Notes: generated from the sequence alone by a model not told the origin. A stretch of DNA of 63,725 nt, filler included, from Octopus bimaculoides (GCF_001194135.2; 8 parts of 7 records of this genome joined end to end with filler, not necessarily neighbours in it), one strand, 5' to 3'; positions 50,273-61,590 are shown, counted from the whole stretch's first letter. Program-made: numbers and translations.

Positions 50273-51545
50273 TATATATATTTTCAGAAAGAATACGATT
50301 AATCGGAAATTCTCTCATAAGGTGAATACTTGCACTTTGAAGTGCTCAACAGGAACTTGAGACAAGAGAAACGAAAATATTATATGAAGAAACGTAAGAC
50401 TAGGTAATTTAATCGATAAACATTACTCCGATCTCAGATGAATTTAAAGAACAAGTATATACATAATACATTAATAATACACATAGACATTTCTTAAAAA
50501 TCAATGAATAAATATATTAGAAATATATATGTGAGGCAACAGAATTTTCAATAATTTTTAGATATATGCATATATCAAGAACTTCTGTTGCTTCTGCTAA
50601 GTAAAGAACACATATATAAAGTAAAGGACACATATATAAAACTCATTTTCTGAGTTCTATTTTTTGTTTGTATTTTCAACCTGTATGTATGTATGTATGT
50701 ATATAGGGAATGGAGGCGCGATGGCCCAGTGGTTAGGGCAGCGGACTCGCGGTCGTAGGATCGCGGTTTCGATTCCTAGACCGAGCGTTGTGAGGGTTTA
50801 TTGAGCGAAAAAACACCTAAAAGCTCTACGACGCTCCGGCAGGGGATGGTGGCGAACCCTGCTGTACTCTTTCACCACAACTTTCTCTCACTCTTACTTC
50901 CTGTTTCTGTTGTGCCTGTAATTCAAAGGGTCAGCCTTGTCACACTCTGTGTNNNNNNNNNNNNNNNNNNNNNNNNNNNNNNNNNNNNNNNNNNNNNNNN
51001 NNNNNNNNNNNNNNNNNNNNNNNNNNNNNNNNNNNNNNNNNNNNNNNNNNNNNNNNNNNNNNNNNNNNNNNNNNNNNNNNNNNNNNNNNNNNNNNNNNNN
51101 NNNNNNNNNNNNNNNNNNNNNNNNNNNNNNNNNNNNNNNNNNNNNNNNNNNNNNNNNNNNNNNNNNNNNNNNNNNNNNNNNNNNNNNNNNNNNNNNNNNN
51201 NNNNNNNNNNNNNNNNNNNNNNNNNNNNNNNNNNNNNNNNNNNNNNNNNNNNNNNNNNNNNNNNNNNNNNNNNNNNNNNNNNNNNNNNNNNNNNNNNNNN
51301 NNNNNNNNNNNNNNNNNNNNNNNNNNNNNNNNNNNNNNNNNNNNNNNNNNNNNNNNNNNNNNNNNNNNNNNNNNNNNNNNNNNNNNNNNNNNNNNNNNNN
51401 NNNNNNNNNNNNNNNNNNNNNNNNNNNNNNNNNNNNNNNNNNNNNNNNNNNNNNNNNNNNNNNNNNNNNNNNNNNNNNNNNNNNNNNNNNNNNNNNNNNN
51501 NNNNNNNNNNNNNNNNNNNNNNNNNNNNNNNNNNNNNNNNNNNNN

Positions 51546-51860
51546 GAGGTGTTCTGCGAACCGGTCAGCCAAGCGGCGTCCCGTTTTATCCGATGTACAG
51601 AGAATGGCAGAGAGAGCAGGAGATGCAATAGATGATGTTGGTAGAAGTGCAGGTGAAGGAGTCGGTGATGCGATAGGGTCGGTGATGTGATAGGATCGGT
51701 GATGGGTGCCGGTGAGGAGGGTGGTGTTGGAGAGGTAAGGGCAAGTGCAGCAGCGTGAGCGGAAGCAGGGGAACGAGCCAGGTTAGGAGGTGGGGTTGGG
51801 GAAGAAGCTGTGGACCAAGAGGTCTCGTAGGTTGTGGGCTCGTTTGAAGGAGGGGAGGGG
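51546..51860 (-). mobile_element. Penelope-like element: Cys-rich linker plus GIY-YIG endonuclease fragment
   Basis: In a frame not shown in the track: NLRDLLVHS...GSFPCFRSRCCTCPY...SFTCTSTNIIYCISCSLCHSLYIG*, then after a frameshift TGRRLADRFAEHL. Confidence 0.9.
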
Positions 51861-52009
51861 TCTGTTAGGGAAGATGTGTGAGGTGGAGAGGTGCCACATG
51901 GGAAACTAGGCATTGATGAATGGCTTGTGGGAATTATAGAAACCATGTAGATAGATGTAGTAAGTAAAGTGAGAGACAGCAATGAATTTGGTAACGAATT
52001 TAGCATGCA

Positions 52010-52260
52010 GGCCGGAGTCCTTCAAAGTTCTGTCCTTAGCCCCTCCTTTTCTTATATTTCTAAAGGGCATCACAGAGAGATTTAAGATTGGTCAACTACT
52101 GCGATTCCAATATGTTGATGATTTAGTTCTCGTAGATGAATTAATAGGGAAATTAAAGAGGAAATTCTGAGCGTAGAAGCTAAACTTTGACTTGAGAAGT
52201 CTTCATATAAACTTAGCAAAGACGAAGGTTTTAGTCAGAAGGGGAGAAGACAGGATGCTT
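52010..52260 (+). mobile_element. RTE-like LINE reverse-transcriptase fragment
   Basis: LAPPFLIFL...QYVDDLVLV...LHINLAKTKVLV corresponds to RT motifs B, C (YxDD) and D. Confidence 0.75.
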
Positions 52261-53182
52261 GTTCGCTCAAATACATATATATTTGTAGTTTTTATAGTTA
52301 TACACACACATACATGTGCACGCAAACGCACACTAACACACGCCCAATACATCTTACATCTGGAAGTACATCTGGAATTAAAGCTGATATATATANNNNN
52401 NNNNNNNNNNNNNNNNNNNNNNNNNNNNNNNNNNNNNNNNNNNNNNNNNNNNNNNNNNNNNNNNNNNNNNNNNNNNNNNNNNNNNNNNNNNNNNNNNNNN
52501 NNNNNNNNNNNNNNNNNNNNNNNNNNNNNNNNNNNNNNNNNNNNNNNNNNNNNNNNNNNNNNNNNNNNNNNNNNNNNNNNNNNNNNNNNNNNNNNNNNNN
52601 NNNNNNNNNNNNNNNNNNNNNNNNNNNNNNNNNNNNNNNNNNNNNNNNNNNNNNNNNNNNNNNNNNNNNNNNNNNNNNNNNNNNNNNNNNNNNNNNNNNN
52701 NNNNNNNNNNNNNNNNNNNNNNNNNNNNNNNNNNNNNNNNNNNNNNNNNNNNNNNNNNNNNNNNNNNNNNNNNNNNNNNNNNNNNNNNNNNNNNNNNNNN
52801 NNNNNNNNNNNNNNNNNNNNNNNNNNNNNNNNNNNNNNNNNNNNNNNNNNNNNNNNNNNNNNNNNNNNNNNNNNNNNNNNNNNNNNNNNNNNNNNNNNNN
52901 NNNNNNNNNNNNNNNNNNNNNNNNNNNNNNNNNNNNNNNNNNNNNNNNNNNNNNNNNNNNNNNNNNNNNNNNNNNNNNNNNNNNNNNNNNNNNNNNNNNN
53001 NNNNNNNNNNNNNNNNNNNNNNNNNNNNNNNNNNNNNNNNNNNNNNNNNNNNNNNNNNNNNNNNNNNNNNNNNNNNNNNNNNNNNNNNNNNNNNNNNNNN
53101 NNNNNNNNNNNNNNNNNNNNNNNNNNNNNNNNNNNNNNNNNNNNNNNNNNNNNNNNNNNNNNNNNNNNNNNNNNNNNNNNNN

Positions 53183-53299
53183 GGTTGCATCGATGACAGC
53201 ATCGCTGGTCTCACCAGGTTTCAGGGTCAAATCTACGGCATAGACATGTCTGGCAATGCCAAGACAAATGCCCACAAACAGAAGATATTTGATGGACAT
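53183..53299 (-). other. Identical partial second copy of the secreted-protein exon, probably an assembly overlap
   Basis: 53183-53353 matches 54087-54257 by eye and each copy abuts a gap. Confidence 0.7.
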
Positions 53300-53975
53300 T
53301 GTTGGAAAGGTTCTGGTTCCTTCTGAAATGATAAAAGTCAGACAGCAACTCGCTATCCAGAACTGATCGTTTGGAATCCTCTCTTCGACTTCACACCTTT
53401 ATATATGAAGAATTTTTCTCAGAAATGAAAAAGGGGGGAGGAGGTTAACAATAACAAAAAGGAGTGACACATATCTAATTGCACTGTATATAATAATACA
53501 TACTAGAATTCTACTGCGTAGATTNNNNNNNNNNCAATTATTATTGGTATAAATGTAAATTTGTAATCTGGATATAGAAGCTGGTGGTTTCAAAGCAGCA
53601 GCTGTCCATAGTTATCTTCTTTCTCTTAGATTTTCAAAGAGATATTCACATTAACAGGGCAGCTGAACTCTATGACGGTACTTACTTCTTCTGGTCTGTG
53701 TCAAACAGCAATATCCGGCCTCTTTTGTTTATACGTAACGGAAGTTTTGATGACAATGTTCCACTAATATTCCTAAATGTATGTATTTGATAAGAGAGAG
53801 ATTCTATATATTTATTCTAAAACAGTCTTTATCTGAATGGCATGGGAAGGTGTTCTTTAATGACATTTTGAAGCAGCTACTAATAACAAGCGTGATATGT
53901 TTGTATGTGTGTGCATGTGTACTTCTCTGTGTGTGAGTCTGTGCCTGTGTGTATATATAAAAATCTGGTACTTAC

Positions 53976-54203
53976 CCTCCATATTCCACCCGTTGTTGCT
54001 GCGGTAGAGTTCATCTGGGCCTCTGCTAACCGTCTCAGGAAATAACTGTCTTGTGCCAGAATACATTTCGTTCGGATTTTTCTTACGGTTGCATCGATGA
54101 CAGCATCGCTGGTCTCACCAGGTTTCAGGGTCAAATCTACGGCATAGACATGTCTGGCAATGCCAAGACAAATGCCCACAAACAGAAGATATTTGATGGA
54201 CAT
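53976..54203 (-). CDS. First coding exon of an unnamed secreted protein (signal peptide plus VDLTLKPG...FLRRLA...GGIWR)
   Basis: ATG in ACAATG context, hydrophobic N-terminus (MSIKYLLFVGICLGIARHVYA), 76 codons ending at a perfect AGG|GTAAGT donor (53975-53970). Non-repetitive composition. Confidence 0.75.
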
Positions 54204-54257
54204 TGTTGGAAAGGTTCTGGTTCCTTCTGAAATGATAAAAGTCAGACAGCAACTCGC

Positions 54258-54357
54258 NNNNNNNNNNNNNNNNNNNNNNNNNNNNNNNNNNNNNNNNNNN
54301 NTTAATTAATTAANNNNNNNNNNNNNNNNNNNNNNNNNNNNNNNNNNNNNNNNNNNN
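54258..54357. other. Artificial contig linker
   Basis: N44-TTAATTAATTAA-N44. Confidence 0.95.
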
Positions 54358-54699
54358 GTTTCCTTTTTTGTACTCATAAAGCATTATGTGCCTTAAATGC
54401 TCTTTGTATACTTCCATGTTAGAAAGGGTTTTAATCAAAGACATTTTAATTCTATTATTCTGTAAAATAATATTTAATTGGTCTAAATGTGCACAAATGC
54501 ATAAAAATAATTTTTAATTCCATTAGACATTCTAAAATACTATCAAATTTCATTCAATTTTAAAAAAGGTAAAATCGGACAGAACTTCTGGGATGACCTG
54601 ATAGTTAGTACTGTTAGTATCAGTGTGCCTATTAGTGTTTGTGTCGGTTTCAACTGTGCGCCCGTTACCCTCCGAGGTGGGGATTATATTATGTATGTT

Positions 54700-55760
54700 T
54701 AAGTTGTTTAAAGTGGTCGGGCCAAGGGTACTGGATGTTATTGCAAGCGGTGTTAGTGTTTTCATTGTGTAGGTCTATGATAGGGTTGTACGCATTTAGA
54801 TAGTAAGAGCTAAGTTTATGTTTGTTAGATGAGGTGATGATAGATTCTATATTTGGTGCAGAGGAATAGGATAATTTCAAAGTGAATCTGTTAAAGATAG
54901 AATGGTACTTGTGGTTACGAAGGAAATTAGAGTCAACTATTTTAAAGAATGCTTTAGCAAAGTCCTTAACGTTTAAAGCGAATGGAGGTGTATACCAGAG
55001 AATAGATGTCCCGCAGCTTTTATTACGCAAATTTGGGGAGGTGTGATTCCTATTGTATGTTAGAGGGGAGTTGGAAGGATTGATATTAGTATTCTTAGAT
55101 CGTATGGGTGCTAGGCGGGCGAGATTGTCTATCCATAATGGGAGGCTTTGGATATCCAATATGTGTGCACGCTTGTCTAGGGTTAAGTTTAGAGAGGTGT
55201 TCTTTAAGTTTAGTGTTGGGTATAAATCTAATCTTCTGGGAGAAGCTAGAGATTGGTTGTAGTAATTGGCGTAGCTACTGAAGATTTCCTCAGTGGCGGA
55301 TAGATAGGATATTCTGATAAATATGTCTTTGATTATACTCTCGAAAGTAGATTTACGGTGGCTAAATTTAGTGTTGATGTACTTAAGGCATTGATTGGGT
55401 TTATGATATGGGAAGAAGAGTGAAGAGTTTAAATCTAATGTAACATCTAGAAAATTTGCTGTCTTGTAAGAGTTTCCAAAAGTGATAGATATTTTGAATT
55501 GGCGAAGAATTTATGCAAGACTTTTCTAGTTTCTTTTAATGCAGATTTTGTTAGGTCTGTTGCAATTAAAAATACATCATCTCTATATAAACCTCCTTTA
55601 ATATGGGAGAATTGTGTGTGGAGTTGTTGAAGGGGTACAGTCCGACAAGATCCGTGACCTGAGCAGAGTCGGATGAGCCCATGGTTATATCAATACAACG
55701 TGAGATATTCAGCAACAGTACTTTGTAGTAAAGATTGTTTGACAACATAACATGGCATGT
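54700..55760 (-). mobile_element. Decayed Penelope-like reverse transcriptase region
   Basis: TMGSSDSAQVTDLVGLY, then with frameshifts GLYRDD, ANFLDVTLDL..PYHKPN, and WYTPPF...HSIFNRFTLKLSYS. A near-identical 116-bp piece recurs at 56251-56366. Confidence 0.85.
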
Positions 55761-56826
55761 CACTTTGAAAACAATTTGACCTCTTTGAAAGTCTGATAGA
55801 TCTGTCATTTTAATAAATTTTAATTACTTTTTTCTGATGATATCTGAAAAGAAACAGCAATTTTAGCAAAACATATTAAGCAGCACAAATAATAAATCAA
55901 AAAACATAATAATATACAAGCTTTTGACAGTTTCATAGATATTTCAAAATTATGATGCTATGATGCTAGGTGCTTCCATTATTTTGTCCAACCCCTGTAT
56001 ANNNNNNNNNNNNNNNNNNNNNNNNNNNNNNNNNNNNNNNNNNNNNNNNNNNNNNNNNNNNNNNNNNNNNNNNNNNNNNNNNNNNNNNNNNNNNNNNNNN
56101 NNNNNNNNNNNNNNNNNNNNNNNNNNNNNNNNNNNNNNNNNNNNNNNNNNNNNNNNNNNNNNNNNNNNNNNNNNNNNNNNNNNNNNNNNTGTGTGTGTGT
56201 GATACATATATTTGTATGCATATATATGTATATATACTTGCATATATATATTTTGTTAGGTCTGTTGCAATTAAAAATACATCATCTCTATATAAACCTC
56301 CTTTAAAATGGGAGAATTGTGTGTGGAGTTGTTGAAGGGGGTACAGTCCGACAAGATCCGTGACCTATACTGAATATCCGGGGCCTATTACGAACAAGCG
56401 GCAAAGACAAGTTCCTANNNNNNNNNNNNNNNNNNNNNNNNNNNNNNNNNNNNNNNNNNNNNNNNNNNNNNNNNNNNNNNNNNNNNNNNNNNNNNNNNNN
56501 NNNNNNNNNNNNNNNNNATATATATATATATATATATGTTGTTTAAACATAACTAACATAACTTTCTTAGATATTGATGTAATTCTATCTGCCAAGCAGG
56601 CCCTCATATCCTTCGATAATAAGCTTTGGTCCCGTGCTAACCTCAGTACTAACAGAAACAACTTTGTGGTAAAAACGTTTGCTAACATAACATGGCAGTC
56701 CTGGTTTAGGACGAATGTTGCTATAATTTAGCCCCAGGATATAGTCCCCAGCTGGTTATACGACACAATCTGTGTCCTTATATTTTCGAACAAGGGAATC
56801 TAGCACACCTACTCAGCTCAAAACAA

Positions 56827-56875
56827 TATCAGTGTATCGCGATTTCCAGGTTATTTCTCTTCATCAGCACTAATA
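56827..56875 (-). ncRNA. Second minimal type-I hammerhead motif with a weak stem II
   Basis: Minus strand reads TATTAGTG-CTGATGA-AGAGAAATAACCTG-GAA-ATCGCGAT-A-CACTGATA. Stem I is 8 bp (one G-U), stem III is palindromic and the triplet is AUA; stem II pairs poorly. Confidence 0.6.
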
Positions 56876-57327
56876 ATTGTTCGGCTAGAAGTGGCGCTGC
56901 CAAATACCCGTTCGAAATATATAGTCTAAAAGTTGCTCTGGCCCCGCATTAGGCACGAAGTTGAAAATTTCTTTGACCCATGACACTCCATGGGCCCTAA
57001 GTATTGCATGAATAAAATTTGAATGAAATCAGTTGGGTACTTCTCGAGTTAAGGATTCACACATATAGACAGGCATACATACATTATTAGTTTTATATGT
57101 ATAGATACACATGCATGCATGCATACATACATTTGTTTATATACACATGTACTCACATACATATACTGAACATTGTATATAAATATATATGCACAAAGAT
57201 AGAGTGCGTATTGAAGTAAGTTACAACAGTAATTGTTAGTGTATAGAATGCAATGTAAGCAATACAAATTCAATTCCCCGGTGAACCCAGTAACAACAAC
57301 AATAATAATAACACCAAATGCAAATAT

Positions 57328-60300
57328 TTATTTGTCATAGTGAAAGAAAGCAAAAGATTGATGTCCTGGAAATATTCCAAAAACCATGAAAGAATTGTCT
57401 GAAATATCAAAGCCAAGAACTTGGAAAACCTCATTGTCATCCTCTCTGAGGAGTAAATATTTTTCAATATCTTTAGTTTGCAGGTGTTCACTATCTTCAA
57501 ATGTTTGACTTTCAATATGTCCAGGTATTTGGTAAATATTGTCTTGTGCATCTTTAATGTAAACATATTCATCAACTGCAGTTAGACAAGGTCTGTAAAT
57601 ATTATACTTTGACCTATTATATCGTGGTTGTAGTTTTATTCTCCTGACCAATGACTGTTCTGTGTACCAATCGACAAAGTAGTGATCATCATCACACCAC
57701 TGTCCCCCCTCTTCCTTCTCCCTCCTCGCAACAACGACATCACCAAAATATGTAACCACTACATCAAACACCACTGAATCTCCCTCTAATTTTCCATATT
57801 CTGATGTCTTCCCATGACACACTTCATATTTACACGTCCCATCATTGAGATCAACTACATCTACGTAATAAGAGTTGTAGGCGTTGGGGTCTTTGCAAAA
57901 GTAGTGAAAGTTGTTGTTGTAAAAAAACCTTCCGTAATGCTTGTCTCTCTCATGTGGAGTTATGTCTCTAATATAATAACCACCACACACGAGTTGATTG
58001 TCGTTGTATTTATAAATTGTGTTGTAGTATTTCTTTGTTTCAATGGTTTCTAAACGACAGAGATCTCTATTGAAGACCATCATTTCTTTACCAAAGACGA
58101 CTATGAATCGTTCATCTGTCCACCGACATATGCCTAGTGGTTGCTGTGGTAATTGTTTATGTTGAAGTATGTCACCTGTGGTTGTTCTGATTAATATGAC
58201 AGTGTCTCTAAACAGCAACACACTCACATTGTCATCTAACTTAATTAGTTTAGAGTTGTTGTCCCTAATATCCATACAATCATAATTAACAGGTTCATCG
58301 AATGTAGGAATGGAGAGAGGGACTATTGATGTTCTATGCGGCAGTCTCCTCACTGATATTTCATCAATTCCTGACATACTCTCTGCTATGTAATTACCAC
58401 ATCTCACCTTTAATCTACTTTTACAAGTTATTTCTCCTGATTTAGCTCTTTTTTCTCCTCTTTCATCTCCTCCACTATATTTCACTTTATTAATCAATTC
58501 ATTACTGAATATTTCGTTGTTCATTTGAGATGAAATGGAAGGGAAATGAAAGTCAGAATCAAGCTTTAATAACGCGAAAGATTTCAGAACTTCCAGTTGC
58601 TCTCCATCAATCTTTATGCTATCACAGTCAATCAAATTAATATGTACACACAAGTAAATATTTCCCACTTTCCTCCATATTACACCATAAGGTACTCGAC
58701 TTTGCCAAACTTTATATTTCTCCAAACCTTGTTGCTTCAATTGAAATATTTCTTGTCTGTTAGGAAATGTGGCCAATATGTTTCCTTCTCTTGTAAAACA
58801 CACACCACCAACCAAACTTCCAGCATTTCTGCAACATAGCAACTTTCCATCTTCATCAAATATTTTAAGATTTCCATTGTTAACTTTTTCACACACAACT
58901 GTGTGTCCTTTATCAGAGATATCAATATCTTTTACTTGAACAGGATATATGTCTGTTCGCAAACGAGAAATGGGGAATCTTTCTCGATTAAGCTTAAACA
59001 AACCTTCAATATACAATTTATTCCAATTGCTTCCAACAAACCTTGGTCCTTTACAGTTTATACTGGGGAAATTTACATAATCTTTATAAATTCTTTTATT
59101 TAAAAATATTTTGTTGTATTCACCAATCTCTGTCCAACACAAAATGCTATTGTATGCGATGAAAACACGATATTTATCCCACACACCATAAATGTACAAA
59201 TAACTGTCATCAATTGTCATCTTGTTTTTATCACCAAAATACCCCATGTAGTGTCTAACTGAATGTAAATATTGACCATCACTATTGAAGAAAATGATGA
59301 ATCTTTCATTACCAACAATGATCATGTCATGGGTAGTAACTGCTATATCAAGCATGTCATCATCATATCTACCATGATATTCGTCTCTCGTTAATAATGT
59401 TTCAGGTATGTCTATTTGTTTTATTTCATTCACAGTTAAATGTATTTCGTCAATCTCAACAACATACAAACTACATACATCTCTACGTCCACTACAAAGC
59501 ATTTGATTGTTTGAAAAAGAAGCAATACGGTAATATTCCTTTTCCGTCTGGTAAATTACTAATGACAATGGAAATTCCACTTTTAATGTCAACAGTTGGT
59601 TGTTATAATCACCAGTCGTAATAGCTATTGTGTTTGACTGCCATCGACACATATTGATACGGTAAACAACATTCAACTTGATCGAATCCAGAATTTTACC
59701 ATCAAATGTGACTATTATGAGGTTTTTGTTTTTCTTGTCATATCCTACAATTAGGTTATTTCCAGTAATAACCAAACTGTTAATCTCCACTGACTGCTTG
59801 TCTCCAAAACGAAGAGGGATGTCATCAAGATGAATATGTCTGGCTTTATCAGAAACTGTCAGATCCTGTAAATGTAATATAGAAGACAGCATTTCACTAA
59901 CACAGATGTTTCTGGAAAATACATCTACGAAGTCAATGCACATGTTAAGCTGACTATTTGTAACGAGATCGTTAATCTCCAAGTTATGATCATTTAAAGA
60001 AAACATACGGTTGTTGTGTATCAGATAAACAAACATTTTATCAATAGATCCACCATAAAGATTGGCGGAAGGTTTCCCTCGAGACAGTAAGACAGTCGGA
60101 ACCATCTTAATACTACGAATACGACCATCACAACTACTATTATTACTGCAATGACCACCACCACTGATATTAGTGTTGTAGTGAAAAGCTTTTCCCCTTG
60201 TAACTATTAATAGCTTTAGTGTTTCATGTTCTATTGCTAATGATTTCACTACAGAGGGAATATCAATTCTATGAATTATTTCAGCCTGATTATAATTTTT

Positions 60301-60999
60301 AATGGTTAAAATATCTAAATGAGATGGTTTGTCACAATAACAAGCAATTTGACCAATACCCAGCTTACATACCTGTACATAAGGGTGACTTAATGATACA
60401 CTTCTCACTGTCTTTGATAGGTTTCCAATGACCCTTAATTGTTTCTCTAAGGGTAATGTGACACCTATTTGATTAGAATCCCATTGACATATATCTGTAG
60501 CTGTAGACGGCAGAGATAATCTCGACACAATGTCTCCTCCATTAGAAATGTATAACAAGCAATCATGGTTGATGTCGGACACCACCAACTGTCCATTTGC
60601 CAGATGACATATTTTGGCAATAAGAAGTTTGTCATTCTCCTTTTCTTTGAGTCGTAGATTTAGATTTCTGATATAAGGATTTTTCAGGTGTAAACAACAG
60701 CCAGATGACCAGTCCTGATACTTGTAAAGAAGGACCCTGTTGAGTTGAGTGTCCGGTAGATAAACAGTCCCTTGGAAAACAGCAATGTGAGGGTGAACAG
60801 GGAAAGGCAGTTGCCACTGCCATTTAATTTCTCCATATATATCATAACATACAACAATCGACTGTCTCTTGAACAGGACATAATAATAAACATTATCAGA
60901 GTAGATGTGATGAGGGTAGCCATAGAATGGAAGGTATTTTTCAAAAAGTTCTTCACCACTTTTCGAATAAAATACCAATTTATGCTTCTTTCCATCTAT
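57328..60999 (-). CDS. 5'-truncated single-exon ORF (over 1220 codons) encoding multiple beta-propeller (NHL/TRIM C-terminal-like) modules
   Basis: No stop from the contig edge at 60999 (IDGKKHKLVFY...) to TAA at 57328-57330; the track's first 'M' is a TTG. Recurring blade-like motifs: DICQWDSNQIGVT, NMCRWQSNTIAIT, GVCFTREGNILAT, GICRWTDERFIVV. The fold call is inference. Confidence 0.85.
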   Translation of the reverse strand: MDGKKHKLVFYSKSGEELFEKYLPFYGYPHHIYSDNVYYYVLFKRQSIVVCYDIYGEIKWQWQLPFPVHPHIAVFQGTVYLPDTQLNRVLLYKYQDWSSGCCLHLKNPYIRNLNLRLKEKENDKLLIAKICHLANGQLVVSDINHDCLLYISNGGDIVSRLSLPSTATDICQWDSNQIGVTLPLEKQLRVIGNLSKTVRSVSLSHPYVQVCKLGIGQIACYCDKPSHLDILTIKNYNQAEIIHRIDIPSVVKSLAIEHETLKLLIVTRGKAFHYNTNISGGGHCSNNSSCDGRIRSIKMVPTVLLSRGKPSANLYGGSIDKMFVYLIHNNRMFSLNDHNLEINDLVTNSQLNMCIDFVDVFSRNICVSEMLSSILHLQDLTVSDKARHIHLDDIPLRFGDKQSVEINSLVITGNNLIVGYDKKNKNLIIVTFDGKILDSIKLNVVYRINMCRWQSNTIAITTGDYNNQLLTLKVEFPLSLVIYQTEKEYYRIASFSNNQMLCSGRRDVCSLYVVEIDEIHLTVNEIKQIDIPETLLTRDEYHGRYDDDMLDIAVTTHDMIIVGNERFIIFFNSDGQYLHSVRHYMGYFGDKNKMTIDDSYLYIYGVWDKYRVFIAYNSILCWTEIGEYNKIFLNKRIYKDYVNFPSINCKGPRFVGSNWNKLYIEGLFKLNRERFPISRLRTDIYPVQVKDIDISDKGHTVVCEKVNNGNLKIFDEDGKLLCCRNAGSLVGGVCFTREGNILATFPNRQEIFQLKQQGLEKYKVWQSRVPYGVIWRKVGNIYLCVHINLIDCDSIKIDGEQLEVLKSFALLKLDSDFHFPSISSQMNNEIFSNELINKVKYSGGDERGEKRAKSGEITCKSRLKVRCGNYIAESMSGIDEISVRRLPHRTSIVPLSIPTFDEPVNYDCMDIRDNNSKLIKLDDNVSVLLFRDTVILIRTTTGDILQHKQLPQQPLGICRWTDERFIVVFGKEMMVFNRDLCRLETIETKKYYNTIYKYNDNQLVCGGYYIRDITPHERDKHYGRFFYNNNFHYFCKDPNAYNSYYVDVVDLNDGTCKYEVCHGKTSEYGKLEGDSVVFDVVVTYFGDVVVARREKEEGGQWCDDDHYFVDWYTEQSLVRRIKLQPRYNRSKYNIYRPCLTAVDEYVYIKDAQDNIYQIPGHIESQTFEDSEHLQTKDIEKYLLLREDDNEVFQVLGFDISDNSFMVFGIFPGHQSFAFFHYDK

Positions 61000-61099
61000 N
61001 NNNNNNNNNNNNNNNNNNNNNNNNNNNNNNNNNNNNNNNNNNNTTAATTAATTAANNNNNNNNNNNNNNNNNNNNNNNNNNNNNNNNNNNNNNNNNNNN
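61000..61099. other. Artificial contig linker
   Basis: N44-TTAATTAATTAA-N44. Confidence 0.95.
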
Positions 61100-61179
61100 C
61101 GTCGTAAGCGACAGAGTGCCAACAACAGTACTTGACATGACTAAAACAACCTTAACTCCAGCCCATATCTGCATGAATA

Positions 61180-61590
61180 ATAGTGTTAAGTGAATAAGAG
61201 CACCAGTGCTGCTTTTGGCCATCTACAAACAAGAGTGTTCCAGGATGAAGACATTCAAACCAACACAAAAATTATGGTATACACAGCAGTGGTCATCCCC
61301 ATGCTCCTGTATGAATCTAATATCTGGACTACATACAGAAGACATATAAAAGCTCTTAAAAAGTACCACCAATGCTGCCTTTGAAGTATTTTCAACATCA
61401 GTTGAACATCAACTCGTTGAACTGCAGTACATAGTGCAAATCGGCTTACCCAGAGATAGAGGTAGGGGTCTGCAATGCATTTGAATTCATAAATCATGAA
61501 TCTGTACTTCAGTGCAAGTATAATACTTGACCATTTTGCAAATTGCAATGTGAAATCGCTGGGAGAAAAATAGTCTTTCACCTCCAGTTA
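61180..61590 (+). mobile_element. RTE/BovB-like LINE fragment
   Basis: SAAFGHLQTRVFQDEDIQTNTKIMVYTAVVIPMLLYESNIWTTYRRHIKAL is a typical RTE post-RT block. Confidence 0.85.
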
